Shown here one piece after another: positions 14,588 to 28,000 of a DNA stretch of 64,000 bases. The stretch lies in the NCBI GenBank assembly GCA_904063045.1, contig CAJFCJ010000019.1:2185700-2249699 (forward strand), written 5' to 3'. Positions within the stretch are counted from its first letter, which is position 1; every line of letters begins with the position of its first letter. Source of the DNA: Dimorphilus gyrociliatus. Its lineage: Eukaryota > Animalia > Annelida. The notes beneath the pieces are model-generated. The model saw only the letters and a program-made list of their open reading frames with translations, ran no database searches and was not told the origin of the DNA. The position numbers were made by a program, and so were the translations under genes.

Positions 14588-15859
14588 ATGGAAGCTTATA
14601 TGACGGTAAGTTTAAAGCAAAAAACATATATTGCCAGTCCTTAGTATTGCATAGTACAATGACTGTTCGCAAACCAGCTGAAACCGGATTTTATTTTCTA
14701 AGCAAATTTCTTGTAGATATATTAATAGTATAAATGGAAAAGCAATCTGAGACAAATAATAATTTATTTGAGATATATTCTAATTGAGATGATTGTCTAT
14801 TAAACATATTTTATATTTTTACCCAAACAGTCGCCCGTTGTTAAGTCATTTCTCGCCGGTTCCCTCTCCGGAACGTGTTCGACTATCCTCTTCCAGCCTT
14901 TGGATTTAGTCAAGACCCGCATACAATCGTATTCGATTGGTGGAAACAAAAGTGGCATGATAACTGTTATAGTAAACATTCTCAAGAACGAAAGAGTTTC
15001 CGGCCTATGGAAAGGAATGACGCCGTCATTAACTAGAACTGTCCCTGGTATCGGCGTCTATTTTAGTTCAATGCACTGGTTGCGGACCACTTTCGGCAGT
15101 AAGGACCCAAGTCCGATGGAGTCGGTTATGATCGGAGCTTTCGCTAGATCAATATCCGGCGTATCCATGCTACCATTTACAGTGGTAAAAACTCGATTCG
15201 AAAGTGGACAGTTCAATTACCAGAGCGTTACACACGCTATTTTTGCCATCTATAGAGCAGAAGGTTCCAGAGGTAAAGTTTTAATCTTATCATTTGACTT
15301 TCATCACTTATTAATATGCATCTTTTTTCTTACACAGGCTTATATAGTGGCCTAGCAGCAACCCTACTAAGGGATGCACCTTTTTCTGGAATATATTTAA
15401 TGTTCTACACACAAGCCAAAAAGACCGTAAAAGAAAGTAAGTGATAAAACTTTCTATTTTGCCTATAATTTGATATAAGTGGTCTGATTATCAGAGATTA
15501 AAAAAAAAAAATAATGTGCACGTGAAACCTTCGTGTAACTATAACAGATATTGTTTTCGTTTCAAGGTACACTTCTGCAAGGCTATTCGTCCTTACCGAC
15601 TTTGCACTTTGCTTGCGGCCTGGTCGCCGGATGTTCAGCATCAGTGGTTACTCAACCTGCCGATGTTATAAAAACTCATATGCAGATCAACCCTGGAAAA
15701 TTTTCGAAAATCCCACACGTTGTTCTATATGTTTATTCAAAAGAAGGTCTTGCAGGATTTTTAAGAGGAATAGTTCCTCGTACAGTCAGACGTACCCTAA
15801 TGGCTGCCCTCGCTTGGACTGTTTATGAAAGCGCAATGCAACAGTTTGGCTTAAAATAA
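14588..15859 (+). CDS. SLC25A38: Mitochondrial glycine carrier SLC25A38, 283 aa, 4 exons
   Basis: Exons 14588-14605, 14831-15272, 15338-15436, 15567-15859. Three carrier repeats: [36 protein letters not shown]; also [15 protein letters not shown]. Confidence 0.93.
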
Positions 15860-16333
15860 AATGAAATAACATTGTGAAGTTCTTGACACAAGCTGTATGA
15901 GGTGATATTCTCAGCTGAAAAATGTTTAACATAGACGCTACAAGAATGTAGTGATGTTGATTTACTTGTTTTCCTAAAGTCAAGTCCTAATATTTTAAAG
16001 GAGATAACTGATTATTATTACGGGTTCGTAAAGAACGTTTTAATGTTTGTTTTAATTTGGCCTATGTATGTATGACAAAAAAATTGAGTAATTTATCTCT
16101 TTTCATTTCTATGTAATATTATGACGTTCTGATTATGCTACGTTTCGTTAAGTAGCAGAAAGGTAAAGTTTTATTTGAAAATAAGGGATGGACACAACAC
16201 GATAGATATAAAGAAAACAAAACCGCATTCATTCTCAATATTTTATTTATAGCTCGCTTTATTATGTTTTACATTATGATGGCAGTTCGTCGTTATATTT
16301 CGCGTGGCAAACTGATTTGTTGATTACTGCTAC

Positions 16334-18037
16334 CTACTTTCCAGGGCCTTTCATAACTTTCTTGATGAATTCTATTGGTGGTAAAGTTTATGATGAGGTA
16401 ATATCATAATATTTGAACAAATTTAATGATTATAATACTACCTTCATATTTAAAATTTCCTTCTAAATCCTCTTCAGTATCGGTATACTTTAATATGGCG
16501 TCCACTTCGCTATCAGTCAATCGTTCCCCCAAAAAAGTAAGAACGTGCCTCATCTCAGCGGCCGAAATAAAGCCTTGACCTTCCCTATCGAAAGTCTTGA
16601 ACGCTTCCATAAAGTCGGCGAAAGTTCCCGTATCCGGCTCCTTAGTGACAGCCTGGTAGATGGGGAGGATCTCTTCGAATTTGTATTGCTTCTCTCCAAA
16701 CTTTGCGCATCCTCCGTGCGAATTGACGAGGGCCTGAGCTGGATTTAGACCAGTACAACGTAGAAGATCACCGACCTTTGCGCCATCTACCATTCCATCG
16801 CGACCGTCCCAAAAGTCGAATAAGTCGAAGACCTCCTTCACGTCTGTCGGTAAACACAAAGCATGTTTTTAGAGCAAGGGGCCGGCTGCATTGCAGTATG
16901 TGGTATATTTTTAGAACGAGCCCATCGCGAGTACACTTTAGGTTCGAAAAGCGCCCTCTTGCAAGCGAATTCCTTACTATATGCAATATTATGCATAGAA
17001 TATCTCTAGTTTTCTATTTATAATAACTAGAGTTTGATCTAATTATGTTTAACATATTTTAAACTTTTGTAGCATATAGAAACTCATAAAGCAAGCAAAA
17101 TTTTCGAGTTTTCTCTTCTACCTATTAAGGCTGCTAGACCTCTTTTAAATACTACCAACGTATATATATATATATATATACACGAATGTGTGTGGGTGCT
17201 CAAGTTGGCCTCCATACAAAATAGAGATCTGGCACATACTTTTTTCCTATTTTTCATGCATATAGCCTCATTCTACATTTATAATTATATTAGTATATAT
17301 AAATATAACAGAAAGTACTTAAACGTTTCTGGTAAGAACTTTTACAAAAAATTCAAGATAGCTTTTGAAAAAATCTTGATATTCTTTTTTTAAATTTTTT
17401 CTCTTTTTTTTTAGATTAAAAATGAGAAAATCTCAGGCAGAGAAATTAGAGAAATAAAAAAATACCTTCAAGCTCTGATGCTGAAATATCTGTTGTCATA
17501 CTGCCCTCTTTCCTTTCGCACCGCAAAGAGAATGACTTCTACTGCAAAAACCTACACCGCCGCCTACTTTTAACGAATAACTAGGAACCCAGTTCGCAAG
17601 CAACTTTACTAAAAGCGCTTTACAAATCAAGAGACGGAGCCTCTCCATTTTGCTAAATATATTTGTATAAATACTTAGGGAAAAAGAATGAGAACCAACC
17701 TTCGATGTCGGCCGAACTTAGATCACTCTGCGAATAAAAAGAAGAGAATATTAAAAATAGGAACAATCTGAGCATGCAAGAAAACTTAATTTATACGTTA
17801 ACTGTATATGACTATGACTATGATAATGATGATGATGATGATATATACATCTATATATATAAATATATATACGTTCAAAGACACAAAAATGATAATTATA
17901 TAATGTATAAGATGTTCATCTTTTCTACCATGCAACTTTGATTTGCTCTTTTAAGAGAACAAAATCAAAGATAAAAGATAACTCTGAATAAAAAAGTAAA
18001 AGAAAATCTCTGAATATCTGTTCAGTTATCTTACCAT
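16334..18037 (-). CDS. Myosin essential light chain (mollusc/annelid type), 156 aa
   Basis: Exons 18037-18035 (ATG only), 17727-17700, 16843-16442, 16371-16334. Sequence [16 protein letters not shown]...[22 protein letters not shown]...[17 protein letters not shown] matches the scallop ELC pattern. Confidence 0.93.
17466..17499 (-). CDS. Alternative N-terminal coding exon of the myosin ELC ([11 protein letters not shown])
   Basis: Has its own ATG and a phase-1 G|GTATTT donor that joins the common exon at 16843 in frame. Resembles the 17727-17700 exon (SDLSSADIE). Confidence 0.65.
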
Positions 18038-19302
18038 GTTCACGGGAAAGATTGCCGAAGTGGTGTGAAAGAGAGAAAGAACCGCACCTTAATAGATAGA
18101 CCCAATTTTCGGGGAGTCACCTTAGAATATTCCAAAGTGTTATTTGCAATGATAAAATGGTCATTTTTACATTTGCATATTTTAGAATAATTTAAGTTGG
18201 AGCTTTTTTCTTTTTTTCATTGAATTCTTCTTTTGTACAGGGTTGACTTTTCAAGTTTTAAAGTTTAAAACTACTGATTCACCCCCGCATTGTTCCTATA
18301 ATAAACCGGTCCGTAGCAGGTGTATAACTTATAATCATAGAATGTAAGCGTATATAGTTTTGTGCTTTTATTAGACACGTGCTTTGCAGATCGAACATGG
18401 CGTTGGCGTTCTTAACATTATTGCGCAATCTTCATCGAAAAAAGCAACAAAATCTTTTCCCTCTTCGTAGAAAAATAAAGCGTAAGGTAATAGAATAGAT
18501 TGAGATGAGATGAAATCGAGGGGAAAAGGGGAAAGAAGAAAAACCCGGCTAAATGCTATATCGCATCAAAAGTTTAGTGTCTGATTACAAACTATGCGCG
18601 AGTATGTGAAATTAACTCTTAGTTATACTGCAATAAGCCAAATGACCTAGGGCTATTTGCCGTCTATATGGAGGAATGACTTGAAAGTTTTTATTCTTAA
18701 TATATACAGTATATTTTTGATAAGTACAAAAGATAACTTACTTGTGAATATACCTAAATATATTTTATATACATTTATATTTATATATAGAAAGAATAAA
18801 CAATCTCGTCCTAACCTTGAAATGGTATTAATATTAATTAATTTCTAAATTTCTTATATATAAAATTAATACTGATTAGTTTGCTCATCCGCAATTAATT
18901 AAAATTAAGATTTTCAAAACATCGATTAATCTCGATTTCTTTATTAGAAAACAAATATGAAATAACACATCTACTGCGCAATAAAAAGAAATGAATAATT
19001 TTTTTTTATCTTCCTTTTTCTCTGTTTTCTTTTGTTCTGCATTGGATAAATGATTGGAACAAGGACTACAACGATTATTATAGATATCTCAAAATCATTT
19101 GTTATTTTTCATTCATTCTGCTCTCTCTATCTCTCTCTTTCTCTCTCAATCTCTTATTCTTTTATGTGTATACAAAAATATCTTATGAAAAAAAAAGTAG
19201 GAGCAGACAACAAATAATTCAAACGATCCCTTCACCCTTCCCCCTTCCGCCGTCCTTCTCCCCGCCTCTTCTTTTTTTTTATTTCTTACGATTTCCAGAT
19301 TT

Positions 19303-21080
19303 CTATCTGTCGTCATTCTGTAAAAGTTGGGCCCCAGTTGTAGGTGTATTTTGTTCATTATTGTTTTTTAGTCTTGGACCAAATTTATCAATTTCTTTAC
19401 GTCCATTATGGTATCCAGTTCTAGCACAAGATGATTTGCGAGGAAAGGTAAATGCCCGTAGATTGTATAAAGAGTTTCGTTCGCTAGCGTTCAAATATGA
19501 CTTTGTCAGCAAATCTTTCATGTCACACTAAAATAACAGAAAGCAACAGAAAGTTGAAATTGAAAAGTTCTTTTACATTGATGTCTTTAAAAATATAAAA
19601 GACCTATAAATAGACTACTACAATAAATACGCATGAAATTTATGTAGTTTAAATACTATCTTGAAGGATTGTTTTACAAATTTATGAAGTCTATAAATCT
19701 TTTCTTCGTCTTTTATTGTTTACATCTCAGAGAATGAAAAAAGAAAAGAAGAAAAATAGAATAACGAAATAAAACTTACCCTAAATCTTTTGTTCATAAA
19801 ACTATACACAACCGAATTCATCCAAGAGTTACTCACTGACAACCAATGAAAAGCTAAAAAGCAATAAACAGCAGCATTTTGATGTTGCTTTAAAAGGAAA
19901 AAAACGTAAAAGTACTATTATTAACTTGTTAAATATGTAAACAATGAAAGGAGATGTCTATTCGGGATATATATACACAGTATATATCTAAATATATATA
20001 TATATATAGTATAGAGTAAAGGGAGTATGTAGTAGTAGTAGAGAGAGTGTTTTAAAAATGTTGTATCTTTATGCAGTATATGTTACAGAAACATTTCTGA
20101 GGATTTAGGCCTAAGCTCTAACAGTGAATAAAATAGAGTCTAGTTAACTTACTTCGATCTTGTTTGGGATGAGCTCCACCACAAGGTTGAATATTTGCAA
20201 GGGAAGCCAGGACAATGCGAACATCATGACAACTATAATTAGAATTCTGATTGTCTAAAAATTAGAACATTTTTTAAAGAGATTTCAAATAAATTCTGCA
20301 TTAAAATACAAACTAACGTTTCTTTTGGCCTTCAATTGCAATTCGTCTCTAACTTGATGGGCGTTACCAGGCGTTTCAAGTCTCCATAGATAAATACTGA
20401 TTCTAGAGCAGGTAGATCCCAAGATTATCAATGGTAAAATATATGTCAGTATAAGGAGAAGGATGGAGTAGCATTTCCTCATCCATTTTTTTTTCCAATT
20501 TTCTGTGCAAAGTTGATACTTATCAACTCTATTAACAATGGCCATCGGTAGAGATAAACAAATAGCTAGCGTCAGGATTATTAGCATTGTTATCCTAAAT
20601 CGCATGGCTGATGGTCGACGAATTAGCGGCTTTAGAGTCACCATATATCTGTATTGAAGTTAATCATTTTTATATAATAAATCGGTTCAGTATAAAGGAA
20701 ACGTTGTTAAAAATTATCAACCTATCAATTCCCAGAGCGACTTTGGTGAAGATGCTGACGCTGACACTTAACACTTGCATGCTTAGTGAAAGCGGGCAGA
20801 GAGCGCTATAAAATATCCATCTACCCATCATTGTTTCAGTAAAAGTAAACGGAATACAAAAGATTGCTATAGCTATATCGGCTATGGCAATGACTATCAG
20901 ATACAGTTTGACGTCCATTTTGGAACGACTTCCAAAATTAAGTACAGCAATTACCAATGAATTTCCGGTTAAGGCCAAAACACTTGACAAAGTATAGATT
21001 ATGATGAGGAAGACACGAATTTCGTATCTGAGAGCCAGGTCCTCGGGAAAAGTTGTGCTATTTGCTGTGTTATTTTTCAT
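19303..21080 (-). CDS. Class A neuropeptide-type GPCR (GPR83/RYamide-luqin/PRLHR-like orphan), about 374 aa, 5 exons
   Basis: Exons 21080-20722, 20648-20318, 20254-20153, 19887-19780, 19527-19303. Seven TMs with GN (TM1), IAIAD (TM2), CIPFTF, DRY, SWLP and HWLS...NSVVY. Confidence 0.85.
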
Positions 21081-22011
21081 TACAGGTGCGGAAGAGGCAG
21101 AGATTAATGAAAAGCACAAACGAACACAGGAAAAGGAGAAGCTTTAGGAACGAAGTTGAAAAGAATTTCTTACTTCCTCCAGAATATTCCCAAAGTAAGT
21201 TTGAAGAAAAACAGTAGAAAAATAGCAAGCTGGCTATCAATCTGGAATAGAGAAGACTAAGATCTTCGTATTAAATCAAGTTTTGCAGTTGATGACGTCC
21301 AGCCGCAACTAAAACTGGTGAAATACTAACCTTCTCTTACATAAAAGCAACAAGGGGAGCGCTGATGCATGCGGTAAAAGGGTAGCCGTCGAATAAACGC
21401 TTACAAAACACAGGCCTATCTACGCTTTATATGACTTATGCTGATGCATAATCCTTTTTCAAGGTAGGCTAACCGACAATTGGTTTTTTCCCACTTCTAA
21501 GAAGATCTTTTGAATAATTTATGATTATTATAGATTTGTAATTAAACATCCCTAATAACCTTCTGAGTTGCATATTAAGTAACGAAACATAATTAATTCT
21601 TAAGTTTTTCATAACCACCCACTAATAAAGTAAATTACTAGTTGAGTATTAAAAAGTGTTAACTTTCTCTTTTTCTTTATCATAGCTTTTCCTTAATCTT
21701 ATGAAAATGTTACAAAAAAAACAATCATATGCAGTGCGCATCCAATATTCTAATACAAGTATATTATATATATACTGTATTATACTGTATATTATATAAA
21801 ATACTTGGGTCTGTATAATTGGTCGATTGTCCTGGGAATGGGTCAGTACCATGTTGTTCCTATCTCTTAACCCTCAATTTTCTCTCTAATCACAATCGCA
21901 TATTTGGTCTATATATTAATATATATATATATATATATATCCCTCCAACTATTATCAATATTCATGTTACATAAGTCTACCCCATTATATTTTACTTTTT
22001 TCCCTAACCCT

Positions 22012-22043
<32 letters not shown>

Positions 22044-25000
22044 ATCCATCTAACATTTTGTATCATCTTATTTTCTAGATTAACAACGTCAGCAGCTGTA
22101 ATTTTTACGCTCGATAGGAAACGTTTTGCTCCGCCATTATTCACCATCCTGAATTGAAATTTCCTATGCCGTAAAAGCTGTCATCAACTAATGACTCTAG
22201 TTGAAATTTGTTTCTCCTATCTGATACGACTCCTAGATTAAATCATGCGATCCATATAAACTACAATTTTACAGATCGTTGAAGTCTGCAACTTTTGACC
22301 TATTAAAAAAAATACAAAAGAAAGAAGGGAAAAAATAAGAGATATATGCAACACTTTATATAAATTTTTCACTCCCTTTCTCTAGAACAAGTCATGTGAT
22401 CATTCTTTGAGAATGACTCTAATAAAAAAGGAAAGTATAGGTTATAGTTTACGAATAAGAAGATGAATTTGTTTGTTTGTATATTTTTAAGTACGGAAGG
22501 ATATTGAAAAAGGACGACATAAAGAGTGAAAGAGAGAGAGAGAGAGAGTATCATTTAAATTATTCTATTGCAAGCTATGACAAACTTTTGTTTATAATGT
22601 TTCTTATTTCTTTCTCTTTCATCGAAAATAAGATTACTATTCATGTTCTTTAACATAATTACCCCAAGAACAAGATATACGCATCCCGTGTGAAGATATA
22701 GGAGGAAGATAAGTACAAAATGGATAATAATGGCAGTAGAAAACCATAAATATTGTTTTCTCTTATAAATTGGCTATCGTCATCATTATATAACGATTAC
22801 GAAGAACAGATGCCAACTTGTAAAAAAAAAAAAGAAAAAGTATGTTCATAGAAAAAAAAACAAACTCTATTTGATAGTAGGAGAAAACAATGGCGTTTTG
22901 GGAATTATATAGAATAAAACTGTTACTTAGTAATACATTTTGTCTTTTAATGAATTATTTATAATCCCTTTAGTAAATTTTCCTGTTTAGTTGCACTTGA
23001 TAGATTCCTCAAACTACTTAATAGTTTTATTTAGATTCTAATTCTACAAAGCATTTAATTAACTATGTCAAAAGAGAATTGCTTTACCAATATACACACG
23101 AAAAATAGTAAGATGTATGCTATACAAGTCCGGAAACTATTAAATAACTTGCATTTTTCTTTTAACTTCTTATTCAATATATTTAAAATGATATAAATGT
23201 TGTTTACACAATTTGTTTTCTTTTTAAAAGTCATATATAGAATCAATTTAAAGATATATTTAAAGAAGTTAAAAAGTTCGATAACCCCACTTTTTGAGTA
23301 AATTTAGAGTGCTATCATATCTAGGAAAGGGTGAATGAGTGAGAGAGAGAGAGAGAGAGAGTAAGTTAAAGCAGTATTTATCATACTAATTAACATATTG
23401 CGTAACTAAATAAAAATAAATAAAGAGTGGCATGACAATACTATAAAAAAAAGGTGGAGAAGGACTATTTCAAGTATCCTTCATTGGTCGGTGTCAATTT
23501 TTAGTTTAATGTTGTATTTTTACCAGTAACAATGATACTCGATTGTTAGAGACAATAATAGGTAAATTTACAATGGTATAGAGGAAATTTAAATAGCCTG
23601 CCTTATTTTTCATACTACGGATCGGGAGGGGTCACCGTCTTTGAATACTTTATTTTTTTATTTTCATTAGAAATGAACAAAGATGGAGACGAAGAAGATA
23701 AAGAAAAGCATATTTCTCTCTCAATTGATATGAACAATAAAATAGTCATTTTCTTACTATTTATATATATATCCTATAATATCTATTTGTTTAAAAAATC
23801 TTGTAATATAAAGACAAATATTTCGCATATTCCTTAAATATTTAAACTATTATATATAACTACACTTGTTTACCGAACAGTACGTTTAAAAATGTCTAAA
23901 AGTATTAATAATTAAAGGAATAAAATGGAGGAAAAAGATACAAGTTTAGTGGTTTGGCATAATTCTTTAAAATACAATAATATACACTATATGCACAAGC
24001 TTTATCGTTTTACTTTATTAACTCTAAAAGACTGAAGCGCCATCTGTGTGCTAATTTAAGTATTTTTTGCTTAGAAAAGAAAACAAAAGAATTACAATAC
24101 TAAAAAAACGAAGCGAAAGATATATATACAGATAGATAGATTGAAGGAATGAACGAATAAAATGGAAAGATTTGACTTCTTAATGTAACTTGAGATATTC
24201 ATAACATATGATTAGAAAAGGCTAACTCGATAGGGGGTTAACAAAGAAAGAGTCAATACTGAAATTGATAGTCTTAATAATCCCTTCTTTTTTTTTCATA
24301 AAACTGAAAAGAATAAAGTAAAAAAAAAAAGTAATTTTCTTATTGATTACTTTTTTGCATAGACCTAATTAGGAAAAAAAAATTACATGTTATGTATAGA
24401 TTTTTATATTAATATAGTATCTATATATATACATATATATATATATATACTGTATATACTGTAATATAGTGTATTCTGTGCTGTATATATACAGTTTATA
24501 CAGCGGAAGAGATTGTTGCTGATCTTTTATTTTTTTTCCCATTTCCAACTCCAAACAATGGACGATAATATGTTAATTAAAAGTTATAATTTGTTCTCTT
24601 TTGAATAATAACAATCATTCTATCGGTAGTGTTTTAAGCATCCATATTCATGCTTGAGCGATGAGTCATCGTAATATAGCTCGTCGTTCAATACTGAATA
24701 GAGTGAGCGAGTGAGTGAGCTGGGAGAGAGAGAGAGAGAGAGCGAAAGAGAAAAATAGAGGAGAGTGTTAGACTTGACTAGCTGCAGCTGTTATAAGTGA
24801 TTTTCGTGGAACGTTCAGGTATACGTTTACCTTTTTAATTAGATAGCGCGCTGAATCGTCGGCTTATCTTATCTGTGTATTATTATTATTAATATTTACA
24901 CACATATATATATATTTATTATATGTATGTAGAGCGAATGTTCTATCGTCTTATCGCTCGTCTTGCGCATGGCTTCAACGGATTGTTCGTTATTCTATCG

Positions 25001-25052
25001 ATGTAGAAATAAATTTATTTTTTGGGTGGAATAACGACGACGACTCTTCGCT

Positions 25053-28000
25053 ATGTTGGACGTTGGCATATATCTTGGAATGTTTGGGCTTCTAGTAGCC
25101 TACCTAAAGATAGCATACGAGGCAGAAGTGTTGCGTAAAAGGTGCCACCTCCTTGAAGAAGATATCGAAGATGAACGATCCAAAGATAAACCGTTGCCAA
25201 ACAATGAAACCCAACAAGTCTCTTCGAATGAGAAAGAAGATGAAAAGATAATTGATTCTGCAGAGAAAATAGATAATAATAATGGACAGGTTGACGCCAA
25301 AAGTGAAGACAATCCGCAAGATGTATTAAAAAAAGATGATGAAGGGATATTTGACGAGGAACAACGCGAAGAATACTCATATGATGAAGAAGATAGTAGT
25401 ACTAACAGTGTTTACGAAGATTTAAACTCTGATGAAGAAGTACCTTCTACCAATTCTTCAAGATCAAAACAAATTATAAGAAATATAGGAAGAACTATTG
25501 CAGAAGAAAAGGAAGAAGAAATGCACAATAATAGCTCATCTTCAGATGAATTCGAATACGAACCTATGCTCTCCGATATTACCGAAGTTAGCGAACCGGA
25601 GAGCGAGGTTGAAATTATCAATTCAATGCTAAAGGACGAGAAAAGTTTAGCATATCTTGTAAAAACAAGATCCTTATCTGAACCTGTAGACGTCTATCGC
25701 TGGTCCGACTCTGATTTGAGTGATGAAGATAGCTCAACACCAGAACGGCAGTGTTTACAATTACCTCACGTTTTAACTTCTCCAACAGATGAAATAGAAG
25801 AGTTTGAATTTAATGATTCAGTGCATCAAAAGATATCAAACGACTCTTTAAATGATACGATTACACCGTCAAAACCAATAAACAATCAGTCATCAGAATC
25901 AAAATTAGAGGATAAAACTATTATTTCGTCTATTAAGTACGAAACCATTAACGACAATATTCCATCTCTATCTTCTGTAAAAGAATCTGCAAAGTCCTCT
26001 AACGTTGATCAATTGCAAATAAAAGAAGAAGTTGACGAAGAAAAAATTGTTCCCTCTATGAAAGAGGTTCGTAATGTGCTGCGTTCAATTCTTTTAAAAC
26101 AAACAAAGCCAACTTCATATTTGACTGAAACTCCTGTAAAAAATAAAATAGTAAGATTTGAACATGCGGATCCGAACGAATTTGAAAACGACGATTGTAC
26201 AATTAGCGAAGACGATTGGTCTAATTCATCTGTTTCTTCATTTGATAGGCTAAAATTAAAGGTTTTAGATTCTCATGATGCCCCAATAGCAACTATTGAT
26301 TCGGATTTAGATTTTGATGACGATAACGATGAAAATGAATCGCCTCTTATTAATTCTCCAAGGTCGGTCGACGAGGAGATTTTCTCTCAGAAAGTTACCA
26401 CAAAAGGCCAACTCATAGATGAAGATTTTACGCTCAAACCAAATTTAGATTCGGACACAAAAATAAATGAAGTTGTTTATAACAATGTATCTCAGCTTGA
26501 ATTGGCTAACCATAATTTGGAAGAAAGGCCTGTTTCTTCATGCGATATAGCTTTAGAGAAAAGTTCTGTTGATGATAGGAAAGTTGAAATAACAGAAACT
26601 AAGGTTATAGATAGCGATGATAAAATTGTATCGCGTTCCTCCTCAGAGGAATTTGTGCACGAATTCGAAGAGGAGGTTCGTTTCGAGTACACTATTATTT
26701 CCACCAGAAACGGGGAGAATATAGATAGTAAAGAACCAGAGAAGTTATCTGAAAGAGAAGAAACTTCTAATATTTTATCATCAGATTTCGCAATAGAAAC
26801 TTTCAATTGGGAAGACGACGAACCATTTAAGAGGAGAGATTTACGTTCAAAATTGACAACGAGTACTCCTTCAGACGACACTATTCAAGAGGAACAACAA
26901 AACATTGATAAAGTCCATGAGAGAAAGGAGGAACATGTGATCGATTCTCCCAGAGATGTGAAGGAGATTAAAATAAAAGAAACTGCCATATGCGAAAAAG
27001 AGGACAATAGAAATGAAATTGACATAGACCAGCGGTTAGAGATGTCTGATAATATGAATGAGGTAAAAACAAACAAGATGGAAAAGATAGCTCTTCCGAT
27101 AATTAAATCCAAACCTCTTTATGGACCTATTCAAACAATTGTACCCTCATCGTTCTATAATGAAAACATACTAAGTGCAAAAGTTGAGCCTGCAGAAGAG
27201 AATCTACCGAATCACCTCGAGAATAACCTGAAAGGTGAACTTAGAACGAAGCCCCAGGAAGAATCAATATTGTTGCATACCAGTACTTTATCTGGCACGA
27301 ATATTGATGGAGAGAGCGAGAATGAGAATAATAGCTCTATTAATACATCGACTTCGTCGACTGGACTGGAGAGTAGTAAATCGAAGGAGAAATTTTTAGA
27401 AACAAATATAGATGAGATTTTAATGGATCCAATAGAAACTAATATAGATTCTGACTTGGATGAAAAATTTACTAGAAACAATTTATCAAATTATCTCAAA
27501 CCCGATTTAACAAATGCTGGCAATTATAGCAGATCTTGTACAAATAGTCTCTCAAGGAGTTCTTTGGGTAAAGAAGAAATGACAAATAATTTTAGTTTTG
27601 ATTCAAAAACTAATTCTTCTTTCACCGAACCACTAGAGACGGATATAGATGCTGTTTTAGAGATGGATAATGTCGTAAGTGTATCCCGAACGCCTAACTT
27701 ATCATTCAGAAATAGTTTAATAACTAAATCCGAAAGTGAAGAGGACGAAAGTTTTATTCGTCGAACAAAACTTATAGCGCTGGGGCCCAGTAGCGTGGGT
27801 AAAACACGTTTATTGAATGCTCTACGATCTACTACAATAGATTTTGATACGCCTACAATTGGTATAGAAGTTAGGCGTCAGTATTTGGATGAAATAAATG
27901 AGTTATGGACTTATGATTTTGGAGGCAATGAAGCGTTTCAATTTGTTCAACAAATGTTTCTCACCGAATATTCTGTTTGCTTGCTAGTGGTCGACATATC

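Noticed and set aside
23673-23792. 39-aa ORF with a hydrophobic C-terminus (MNKDGDEEDK...IVIFLLFIYISYNLFV), possible micropeptide
   Set aside because: The hydrophobic part comes from AT/TA-rich low-complexity DNA; there is no homology or expression evidence.
25051-27481. Several 70-130 aa minus-strand ORFs inside the Roco gene
   Set aside because: Ser/Leu-rich antisense shadows of an acidic coding strand.
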